A stretch of 32,879 nucleotides of DNA, from positions 1 through 32,879 of IMG/VR virus record IMGVR_UViG_3300030376_002780, one strand, 5' to 3'. Positions 1 through 7,557 of this stretch are shown one piece after another; the stretch's first letter is position 1, and every line of letters begins with the position of its first letter. The notes beneath the pieces are model-generated. The model ran no database searches and was not told the DNA's origin. It worked only from the letters and a program-made list of their open reading frames with translations. Position numbers and translations under genes: made by a program. The stretch comes from a virus (lineage: Duplodnaviria; Caudoviricetes).

Positions 1-1
1 A

Positions 2-769
2 GTTGGACATTCAGCTGGTTTCTTTTGTGAAACTGCTGACGCGGCTGATAGAAATGCGTTTATCGGTAATAATATGTACCATAATGGTAGTAATTGGAGA
101 ACACTCTACGAAGACCAAGTTTCTGCTATACAATTCAGAGCGGGTACAATAAGATTTAATACAGCAGGAGTAACCGCTACAAGTTCAAATCTTACTACTG
201 GTGGTGGTGATGAAAGAATGCGTCTTGACTCAGCTGGTAATTTAGGTATTGGAGCTGCTTCTTTTGGAGCAAGATTACACGCTATTGTTGCTGATGCTGA
301 ATACGCTGCGTATTTTACTTCTGATGACCCAACATCAACTAATGCGGCTGCTCTTGGGGTAAGGGCAGATTATGGTTCAGGAACAAGAGTTATGCAAGTA
401 TTTTTTAATGGTGGTAGCAATATTGGTGAAATAACATATAATGGTTCAGCTTTAACTTATGGCGGAACTTCAGATGAAAGACTTAAAAAAGATATTTCAA
501 GTTATACAGGTGGATTATCAATAATTAATCAAATGGGAGTAAAAAACTTTACTTGGAAAGAACACGATAAAAAAGATGTAGGTCTTATTGCACAAGAACT
601 ATACGATATATTACCAAGTCGTGTTGTAGAAGGAACTGGAGAAGAAGAGGTAGATAGACCGTGGCAAGTAGATTATCCAAGACTTGTACCATATTTAATT
701 AGTGCAGTACAAGAGCTATCCTCAGAGATAACAGACCTTAAAAAAAAAGTAGAAGCACTAGAGGGTTAG
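2..769 (+). CDS. Tail fibre/spike C-terminus with intramolecular chaperone (peptidase S74) domain; 5'-truncated
   Basis: Frame is open from base 2 (VGHSAGFF...). Fibre-like repeat ERMRLDSAGNLGIG, S74 autocleavage signature TSDERLKKDI, GLIAQE, VDYPRLVPYLISAVQEL and a C-terminal coiled coil. Confidence 0.88.
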   Translation, partial: VGHSAGFFCETADAADRNAFIGNNMYHNGSNWRTLYEDQVSAIQFRAGTIRFNTAGVTATSSNLTTGGGDERMRLDSAGNLGIGAASFGARLHAIVADAEYAAYFTSDDPTSTNAAALGVRADYGSGTRVMQVFFNGGSNIGEITYNGSALTYGGTSDERLKKDISSYTGGLSIINQMGVKNFTWKEHDKKDVGLIAQELYDILPSRVVEGTGEEEVDRPWQVDYPRLVPYLISAVQELSSEITDLKKKVEALEG

Positions 770-801
770 AATAAAAATTTTGTAATTTACAAAAAAAAAG
801 T

Positions 802-813
802 AATATTTATATA
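802..813 (+). promoter_or_regulatory. Putative phage promoter, ATA(T/C)TTAT motif
   Basis: AATATTTATATA in the intergenic gap; the same motif recurs upstream of most gene blocks. Confidence 0.55.
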
Positions 814-829
814 AAAACAAGGAAAAATT

Positions 830-1060
830 ATGTGGCGAGTAGTCAAACAATTAATGCCTTCACCAACGTCAAGTGTAGATAGACATGGTGAAACTTTTAC
901 TGACCCATCTTGGGCTCAAAGAAATACATATGTAGCTAAGTTAAGTGGTAGTTCAGACCAAGTATGGGAGTACACTACTGAAGCCTCAGCTACCTCGAAG
1001 ATGAACGAATTAAGTGGTTCTGATTCATCAGGCAGAAAATATAAAGTTATACTCGTTTAA
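830..1060 (+). CDS. Hypothetical protein (76 aa), possibly tail-fibre associated
   Basis: ORF with AAGGA Shine-Dalgarno (SD), directly after the fibre gene; no recognisable motif. Confidence 0.65.
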   Translation: MWRVVKQLMPSPTSSVDRHGETFTDPSWAQRNTYVAKLSGSSDQVWEYTTEASATSKMNELSGSDSSGRKYKVILV

Positions 1061-1061
1061 T

Positions 1062-1072
1062 TGATACTTATA
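1062..1072 (+). promoter_or_regulatory. Putative phage promoter (TGATACTTATA)
   Basis: Recurrent motif; near-identical cassette upstream of thyX. Confidence 0.55.
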
Positions 1073-1102
1073 GTAATAAAGTTATAATAGGAGACCTTAA
1101 TT

Positions 1103-1396
1103 ATGGCAAATGAAGAAACAAAAGTAATAGAAGAACAAACTTCTAACGAAACACCTCTTTCTGAAGGTGAAAGAGAACAAGTTCAAGAGATTGTACAGAA
1201 TAATCAAGAAATACAACAAGCTCTTGGTAACTTAGCAGTAAGAAAAATTCAACTTGAAGCACAAGAAAATCAGTTGAAACAACAATTCGCAACTAATTCA
1301 CAAAAAGAAACGGAATTTGCACAAAAGATTGAATCAAAATATGGTAGGGGTTCACTTAATTTAGAACGTGGTGTATTTATCCCTCTTGAACAATAA
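1103..1396 (+). CDS. Small coiled-coil protein (paralogue 1)
   Basis: AGGAG SD; Q/E-rich helix ending KYGRGSLNLERGVFIP. Confidence 0.8.
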   Translation: MANEETKVIEEQTSNETPLSEGEREQVQEIVQNNQEIQQALGNLAVRKIQLEAQENQLKQQFATNSQKETEFAQKIESKYGRGSLNLERGVFIPLEQ

Positions 1397-1674
1397 TGGC
1401 GGATGATATTAAATTTACCGAAGAGGAAATGAAATCTCTTGGTGACTTACAAGATAGTTACACAAAAAAACAAGCTGAATTAGGACAAGTTTCAGTCCAA
1501 AGAATCCTACTAAATCAACAATTAGATAACTTAGACCAACGTCAGTCTCATTTAGAGAAGGAATACGTTCAGGTTCAACAACAAGAACGAGATTTAGTAA
1601 AAGAGCTTAATGAAAAGTATGGAGCTGGACAACTTGACCCAGAAAGTGGTGTATTTACACCAAATAATTCGTAG
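1396..1674 (+). CDS. Small coiled-coil protein (paralogue 2)
   Basis: TAATG stop/start overlap; Q/E-rich helix ending KYGAGQLDPESGVFTP. Confidence 0.8.
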   Translation: MADDIKFTEEEMKSLGDLQDSYTKKQAELGQVSVQRILLNQQLDNLDQRQSHLEKEYVQVQQQERDLVKELNEKYGAGQLDPESGVFTPNNS

Positions 1675-1721
1675 TTTTGTTTAAATAATTACCAAAAATA
1701 TATATTTTAAGAAATTTAGTT

Positions 1722-1731
1722 TATATTTATA
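1722..1731 (+). promoter_or_regulatory. Putative phage promoter (TATATTTATA) upstream of sheath
   Basis: Recurrent motif about 50 nt before the sheath start. Confidence 0.55.
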
Positions 1732-1781
1732 AGGGACTAATTACATCTTTTTTGTAACTTAGAAGATTTAGGAGAAAAAAT

Positions 1782-4199
1782 ATGGCAGAAAGAATTGTGT
1801 CGCCTGGTGTCTTTACTCGTGAAAGAGACCTTTCATTTCTTCCGCAAGGAATAGGTGAGATTGGAGCGGCAATAATAGGGCCAACACAAATAGGCCCCGC
1901 GTTTACACCAACCCAAATTACAACATATCAAGAATTTGAAGAGATGTTTGGTGGTGAGGATGCGAGATTTTATACACCGTACACCGTAGAACAATATCTA
2001 CGTAGTGCTGGTGTGGTAACTGTAGTTAGGGTATTAGGACTTGGTGGATATACAGTTGATTCTATTACTTTACAAGCTAATACATCAGCTTCTGTAAGTA
2101 ATTCTATCGCTATCCTAGCACCATCACTTGGTACATCAGCTACAGCTGATTTGAGTAGTACCGCATTGAGTGCTTCAGCAAGAGGTAAATCATTCAGTCT
2201 TATCGTAAGTGGTAGTGATGTTAGTGCAGAAACTTACTCACTTTCCTTCGATACAGGTAGTGCAAACTTTATTGATAAAGTAATATCTTCAGACCCACAA
2301 TCTACAAAGTCTGGTGGTAATACATCTTCAGTTTATGTTTATAAAGTATTTAAACAAAAATCTTCAGAATTAAGTGCTAATGTAACAGCATCAGTTGTTA
2401 CAGGTAATGCTGGTAATGATAGACTTAATTTTGAAGGTGTTACTTCATTTGATGGTAGTGGTAATGCTTCATCATTCACTGGTAATAAAGATTTTATGTT
2501 TGGTAGAACACCTTACATTCAATCTCAGTTAGTTAATGGTACACGATATGACTTGTTTAGAATCTATACACGTTCACATGGTACAGACGTAAATACAAAA
2601 TACAAAATTAGAATTGTGGACGTTAAACCAGATTCTGATGTAGCGGGTTCTGATTATGGTATGTTTTCAATGCAAGTTATCGAACATGGTACTGAAACTG
2701 TATTACAAGAGTTCGCAAGATTAACACTAGACCCAGATTCACCAGATTATTTTGCTAAAAGAATTGGTGATAAGTGGACTGAAATTGATACAAACGGTAA
2801 ACTCAGTACATATGGTGATTATCCAAACTTGAGTATGTATATTCGTGTTGGTGACTTCTCTGATATGGAAAAGGATGGGGTATTTAAATATCCAAAAGGT
2901 GTAGTTCCAATGGGTCACGGTATATTAAGAAACCCCGTACCTGGTGGAGCAACTATACCAGCTGTTCAATTTAAAGCAGACCAAACCGATGTAAATGGTA
3001 CTTTTGACTCAAGTGTAGCGTTTGGTATTGACCTGATTAGTGACCACGTAAAGGACGATAACATTCAGTATCTATCTCCGATTCCAGTAGGTTCTGGTAC
3101 AGGTAGTAACGTAACCATGTCTCTTGAAGACCAAGATGGTAACGATAATGCTAGTGTTTTAGGTTCAACATTCTCAGATGCTAGTGAAAAGATAACACTA
3201 TCTCTATCAGCACTCGGTCAGAGAAAGTTTGTTGTTCCATTTCAGTTTGGATTTGATGGTCAAAACCCAGCTAGAGAGTACAAAACAGGTACCGATATAG
3301 TAAGTAACAACACAATGGGATTTGATTTATCAAGTGGTACAGCTAGTGGTTCAGTAGCATATAAGAGAGCTATCAACTCAATTAGTAATCCTGATGAATT
3401 TGATATTAATTTGTTAGCTACACCTGGTGTGGTTCACAGATTACACTCCTCCATAACAAACCACGCGATATCTAAAGTTGAAGCTAGAGCTGACGCTATG
3501 TATGTCATGGATGCGGCAGGATATGATGATACAATCCAATCCACTATCAACACAATCAAAACACTTGATACGAATTATGCAGCGACATATTATCCATGGG
3601 TTAAGATGGTTCCAAGAGATTCATCAAGACCAATTTGGGTTCCACCATCAGTTGTTATACCTGGTGTTATAGCTAACACGGATAGGGTAGCTCACGAATG
3701 GTTCGCACCAGCTGGTTTAAATCGAGGTGGTTTGACATCGGTAACTGAAGCTAAAATGAAACTGACTCATGCGGAACGTGATGATTTATATGAGAACAGA
3801 ATCAATCCAATAGCTACATTCCCCGCACAAGGTGTTGTGGTATTTGGACAGAAAACACTTCAATCAAAACCATCAGCGTTAGATAGAATCAATGTTCGTA
3901 GATTGTTGATTGCATTGAGAAAGTTCATTGCATCATCATCAAGATTCTTGGTATTTGAACAAAACAATCAAGCACTAAGAAATCGTTTCTTAAACATTGT
4001 AAATCCATACATGGAACAAGTTCAATCAAATAGTGGATTGAGTGCGTTTAGAGTGGTAATGGATGAATCTAACAACACACCTGATGTTGTTGATAGAAAT
4101 CAATTAGTAGGTCAGATATTTATACAACCTACTCGAACCGCAGAGTTTATAGTATTAGACTTTGTTGTTCAACCAACAGGGGCTACTTTCCCAGAATAA
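1782..4199 (+). CDS. Contractile tail sheath protein (T4 gp18-like)
   Basis: N-terminal SPGVFTRERD; C-terminal WFAPAGLNRG, LYENRINPI, GQKTLQ, LDRINVRRLL, IQPTRTAEFI; AGGAG SD. Confidence 0.96.
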   Translation: MAERIVSPGVFTRERDLSFLPQGIGEIGAAIIGPTQIGPAFTPTQITTYQEFEEMFGGEDARFYTPYTVEQYLRSAGVVTVVRVLGLGGYTVDSITLQANTSASVSNSIAILAPSLGTSATADLSSTALSASARGKSFSLIVSGSDVSAETYSLSFDTGSANFIDKVISSDPQSTKSGGNTSSVYVYKVFKQKSSELSANVTASVVTGNAGNDRLNFEGVTSFDGSGNASSFTGNKDFMFGRTPYIQSQLVNGTRYDLFRIYTRSHGTDVNTKYKIRIVDVKPDSDVAGSDYGMFSMQVIEHGTETVLQEFARLTLDPDSPDYFAKRIGDKWTEIDTNGKLSTYGDYPNLSMYIRVGDFSDMEKDGVFKYPKGVVPMGHGILRNPVPGGATIPAVQFKADQTDVNGTFDSSVAFGIDLISDHVKDDNIQYLSPIPVGSGTGSNVTMSLEDQDGNDNASVLGSTFSDASEKITLSLSALGQRKFVVPFQFGFDGQNPAREYKTGTDIVSNNTMGFDLSSGTASGSVAYKRAINSISNPDEFDINLLATPGVVHRLHSSITNHAISKVEARADAMYVMDAAGYDDTIQSTINTIKTLDTNYAATYYPWVKMVPRDSSRPIWVPPSVVIPGVIANTDRVAHEWFAPAGLNRGGLTSVTEAKMKLTHAERDDLYENRINPIATFPAQGVVVFGQKTLQSKPSALDRINVRRLLIALRKFIASSSRFLVFEQNNQALRNRFLNIVNPYMEQVQSNSGLSAFRVVMDESNNTPDVVDRNQLVGQIFIQPTRTAEFIVLDFVVQPTGATFPE

Positions 4200-4222
4200 G
4201 TAGTGTAGTCCTCCTTTCTATG

Positions 4223-4253
4223 AAAAAACCCTCATTTCGGTGAGGGTTTTTTT
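4223..4253 (+). terminator. Rho-independent terminator (possibly bidirectional)
   Basis: AAAAAACCCTCA-tttcgg-TGAGGGTTTTTTT perfect hairpin with U-tract. Confidence 0.85.
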
Positions 4254-4277
4254 GTTTTTATTAAAAATTTAATTAAA

Positions 4278-4297
4278 TGATATTTATTATTGAGTTA
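4278..4297 (+). promoter_or_regulatory. Putative phage promoter upstream of tail tube
   Basis: TGATATTTATTATTGAGTTA; identical 20-mer at 5999-6018; lies just downstream of the sheath terminator. Confidence 0.65.
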
Positions 4298-4329
4298 AAT
4301 AAAAAAAGATTTTTTACAGGAGATTGTAA

Positions 4330-4815
4330 ATGGCTACAATAGACCCTAATGAAATAATGTTCACACCGTTTGAACCTAAAACAAAAAATAGGTTCATTAT
4401 GTATATAGAAGGTGTTCCAGCATATTTAATTAAGGCTGCAAACAGACCTCAGATACAGTTTGAAGAAATTGTGTTAGACCATATTAATGTAAAACGATAC
4501 ATTAAAGGAAAAGGAGCTTGGCAACCTATTGATATTACTTTATATGACCCAGTGGTTCCAAGTGGAGCACAAGCCGTTATGGAATGGGTTAGATTATCAC
4601 ACGAATCTGTAACAGGTAGAGATGGATATTCAGATTTTTATAAAAAAGATGTAACTTTTAATATGTTAGGTCCAGTAGGTGACATAGTTGAAGAGTGGAA
4701 ATTAGTTGGTACTTATATAGAAACAGCTAACTTTGGTGACATGGATTATGCTACAAGTGACCCAGCAGAAATAACATTAACACTTAAATACGATTACGCA
4801 GTATTACAATTCTAG
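4330..4815 (+). CDS. Tail tube protein (T4 gp19-like)
   Basis: 161 aa, follows the sheath; FEPKTKNRF, WQPIDITLYD, VEEWKLVG, LTLKYD are typical of tube proteins. Confidence 0.92.
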   Translation: MATIDPNEIMFTPFEPKTKNRFIMYIEGVPAYLIKAANRPQIQFEEIVLDHINVKRYIKGKGAWQPIDITLYDPVVPSGAQAVMEWVRLSHESVTGRDGYSDFYKKDVTFNMLGPVGDIVEEWKLVGTYIETANFGDMDYATSDPAEITLTLKYDYAVLQF

Positions 4816-4824
4816 GAGAATAAA

Positions 4825-4980
4825 ATGAGTGATTGGATAGTAGCAAATTGGGAATATATTTTGGTAGTTATTTACGCATTAGAAAAAATCGTAAAAATGA
4901 CACCAACAAAATATGACGATATCGTTTTCGATATGGTTCTTAAACCTATTAAAGACAAGGTAATGCCTGGTAAAAAATAA
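4825..4980 (+). CDS. Small single-TM protein (51 aa), holin-like; missing from the ORF track
   Basis: AGGAGA SD at 4814-4819; MSDWIVANWEYILVVIYALEKIVKMTPTKYDDIVFDMVLKPIKDKVMPGKK; fills the gap exactly. Confidence 0.7.
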   Translation: MSDWIVANWEYILVVIYALEKIVKMTPTKYDDIVFDMVLKPIKDKVMPGKK

Positions 4981-5001
4981 TTGTTATTCACTAACAATGG
5001 T

Positions 5002-5011
5002 TATATTTATA
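5002..5011 (+). promoter_or_regulatory. Putative phage promoter (TATATTTATA)
   Basis: Recurrent motif upstream of the chaperone gene. Confidence 0.55.
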
Positions 5012-5048
5012 ATTGGTTTTAAAAATTAATCTCACATAGGAGTCATTT

Positions 5049-5789
5049 ATGGCTGAATATAAATTCCCTACAGAGATGGTAGAATTACCATCCAAAGGGT
5101 ATTTCTACTTTGATGGTCATCCACTATCAAGTGGTAAAGTAGAGATAAAATACATGACCGCTAAAGAGGAAGACATTCTTACTTCTCAAAATCTAATACA
5201 GAATGGTACGGTTATAGATAAATTGTTAGAATCACTAATAGTGGATAAATCTGTTAAGTTAGATGATTTACTTATCGGTGATAAGAACGCTATAATGGTA
5301 GCTGCTCGTATTCTTGGTTATGGTAAAGAGTATGAGTTCACATATGATGGTGAGGAAAAATCAGTTGATTTATCAGAACTTGAACCACTTAAATTAGACT
5401 TCAGTAAATTTACTCGTGGTAAAAATGAATTTGAATTTAAATTACCTACTTCAAAACGAACAATTACTTTTAAATTATTAACTGGTGGTGATGAAAAAAA
5501 GATAGATGATGAAATAAAGGCTAGAGAAAAGATTTCTAAAACACAAACACCTGTATTAACAACTAGACTAAAACATATGATACTATCGGTGGATGGAAAC
5601 GTTGAAAAATCATATATTAATAACTTTGTTGATAATGAGTTTCTATCAAGGGATTCATTAGAATTTAGAAAGTACTTATCTGAAATTACACCTGATATGA
5701 ACATGGCTACAAACATAGTTGGTTCAGACGGGAAGGAGACAGAAGTGGTGATACCAATCACCGTTCGATTTTTTTGGCCTTCCGCCTGA
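5049..5789 (+). CDS. Baseplate hub/tail assembly chaperone (T4 gp26-like)
   Basis: VELPSKG, KYMTAKEEDIL, duplicated FKLPTSK, C-terminal FFW; located between tube and tape measure. Confidence 0.82.
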   Translation: MAEYKFPTEMVELPSKGYFYFDGHPLSSGKVEIKYMTAKEEDILTSQNLIQNGTVIDKLLESLIVDKSVKLDDLLIGDKNAIMVAARILGYGKEYEFTYDGEEKSVDLSELEPLKLDFSKFTRGKNEFEFKLPTSKRTITFKLLTGGDEKKIDDEIKAREKISKTQTPVLTTRLKHMILSVDGNVEKSYINNFVDNEFLSRDSLEFRKYLSEITPDMNMATNIVGSDGKETEVVIPITVRFFWPSA

Positions 5790-5985
5790 ATATAAGGTAA
5801 CGATTCACGAACAAATCTTTCAAATAATTCTTCATTCAAAAGGTGGTTTCACATTTAGTGAAGCCTATAACCTACCTATATACCTTAGAAGTTTCTACCT
5901 AAAACGATTACAAACGTTTTATAAGAAAGAAGCTGATGAGATGCAAAAAGAACTCAACAAACATAAAAGTACAACTAAAAGATAA
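5776..5985 (+). CDS. Start-less gp51-like ORF; probable frameshift extension of the chaperone (lambda G/GT analogue)
   Basis: +1 frame is open 5752-5985 with no ATG until 5941; entered via a T7 run at 5769-5775; encodes GLPPEYKVTIHEQIFQIILHSKGGFTFSEAYNLPIYLRSFYLKRL..., a gp51/TAC-extension-like pattern. Confidence 0.75.
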   Translation, partial: GLPPEYKVTIHEQIFQIILHSKGGFTFSEAYNLPIYLRSFYLKRLQTFYKKEADEMQKELNKHKSTTKR

Positions 5986-5998
5986 TTTTTTGTATAAT

Positions 5999-6018
5999 TG
6001 ATATTTATTATTGAGTTA
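5999..6018 (+). promoter_or_regulatory. Putative phage promoter
   Basis: Exact copy of the 20-mer at 4278-4297. Confidence 0.65.
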
Positions 6019-6047
6019 TAACACTTAATTTAGTTGGAGATTTGATA

Positions 6048-6281
6048 ATGGCAAAATACATTGTGAAAGAAGAAAGTTTAATAGATAAATTAGTAGGTGC
6101 TGTATTTGGTTCTGTTGCTAAACAAGCAAAATCAAAAGCCATCAAAGATTTGTCGTCTAAAGACCCTGAATTCGCTAAAAAGGTAAAAGAATTAGAAAAA
6201 TCTCGTAAAGATATGGAATCCTATATCAAAAAAAATAAAAAACAACTTCAAAAAAGATATCCAGGAGTTTCTGGATTTTAA
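6048..6281 (+). CDS. Hypothetical basic helical protein (77 aa)
   Basis: GGAG at 6036-6039 favours ATG 6048 over TTG 6042. Confidence 0.7.
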   Translation: MAKYIVKEESLIDKLVGAVFGSVAKQAKSKAIKDLSSKDPEFAKKVKELEKSRKDMESYIKKNKKQLQKRYPGVSGF

Positions 6282-6303
6282 TACAAATCATTTAGGAAGA
6301 TAA

Positions 6304-7557
6304 ATGGCAAAAAGAGGTAGACCTTATAGCGGACAAGCTGAAGATTTGTCAACGATAGTAAGTCTTGAAGAAAAGTTAGTACAACTTGGTAAAGAGAACT
6401 TTGGTGCTATCAACAAAATGCTTGGAGCAACTTCAGACCTAGCTAAAATATCAAAAAATATTACTGAAGAAGGTAAACTTCAAGCTGGTGTCAGTAAAGA
6501 TAAAGTCAAAACTTTAATAGAAGAATTAGAAGCTAGTGAAGAAATAAGAGATGCCATTATGGATACTGCTCCTGGAGTATTTAATATAGCAGCTGGAGCT
6601 AAAAAGGGTCTTGGTAATTTTAAACTTATGGCTAAGTCAACTCTAGGTATTGTAGCTATAGCGGGTCTTGCAGTAAAAGCATTCACACGATTTCAAGAAA
6701 TAGTTACTGATACAAGAAAAGAATTAGGTGTCTCGTATACACAAGCTGTTGCTATAACTGCTCAAAACAAAGTTTTAGCTCAAGTAGCTAAGGGATTTGG
6801 TTTAACACAAGAAGATATTGTTAGTGCTCAAGCTGCGATACGACAAGATTTAGGTGCTAGTGTACAAGAATCAATCCAACTTAGTTTAAACTTTGCTAGA
6901 ACAGCCGCTGCAACTGGTCAAACAGCGGAAGAGTTGACTGGTACACTTTCTATCATGGAATCAATCTCTTCAGCAAGTAGAGATGTTCTTTTAAATCAGA
7001 TACAAACTAACGCGGCTATAATTGGTGCAGCTGGAGTATCACCTGCACTCGTGATGAAAGATTTAGCTAGTAATGCTGAGTTCTTTGCTTCATTTGCTAA
7101 AGATGGTGGTATGAATATAATTAATGCTGGTGTAGCTGCTAGAAAACTTGGTTTAGAGATGAGTGCAGTTGCAAGTATATCTGAATCATTATTAGACTTT
7201 GAATCAAGTATAGAAAAACAATTAGAAGCATCACTACTGATTGGTAGAGAAATCAATCTCGATAGAGCTCGTCAATTATCATACTTAGGTGAACAAGGCG
7301 AGATGATGGATGAGATTCTTAAACAAGTTGGTGGTGAAGCTGAATTTAACGAGTTAAACAGAATACAAAGACAAGCATTAGCAGAGAGTGTCGGTGTAAG
7401 TGTAGAACAGTTATCAAGACTTGTAAGAAATAATGCAGTAGGTGCTACTGGTGCTGCCGTTGGAGCTGCAGTTGGTGGTACTAATCCTATGATTGGATTG
7501 ACAGAAGAAACAAACTCCATACTTAGACGTGGTTTTAAAAGTATGAGGGACGAATAA
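6304..7557 (+). CDS. Tail tape measure protein (short, 417 aa)
   Basis: Ala-rich helical protein downstream of the frameshifted chaperone; SLLDFESSIEKQLEASLLIGREINLDRARQL and QRQALAESVG are tape-measure-like. Confidence 0.72.
   Translation: MAKRGRPYSGQAEDLSTIVSLEEKLVQLGKENFGAINKMLGATSDLAKISKNITEEGKLQAGVSKDKVKTLIEELEASEEIRDAIMDTAPGVFNIAAGAKKGLGNFKLMAKSTLGIVAIAGLAVKAFTRFQEIVTDTRKELGVSYTQAVAITAQNKVLAQVAKGFGLTQEDIVSAQAAIRQDLGASVQESIQLSLNFARTAAATGQTAEELTGTLSIMESISSASRDVLLNQIQTNAAIIGAAGVSPALVMKDLASNAEFFASFAKDGGMNIINAGVAARKLGLEMSAVASISESLLDFESSIEKQLEASLLIGREINLDRARQLSYLGEQGEMMDEILKQVGGEAEFNELNRIQRQALAESVGVSVEQLSRLVRNNAVGATGAAVGAAVGGTNPMIGLTEETNSILRRGFKSMRDE

Noticed and set aside
740-748. A9 run near the end of the tail fibre gene as a phase-variation site
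   Set aside because: Encodes Lys codons within a few residues of the stop; expected in AT-rich DNA.
3478-3672. Alternate-frame + strand ORF inside the sheath gene (likewise 24831-25550 inside the receptor)
   Set aside because: Off-frame shadows of strongly biased codon usage; no SD or recognisable product.
7435-7482. GGTGCT/GGAGCT-type repeats near the end of the tape measure
   Set aside because: Explained by low-complexity GAAVGAAVGG coding.
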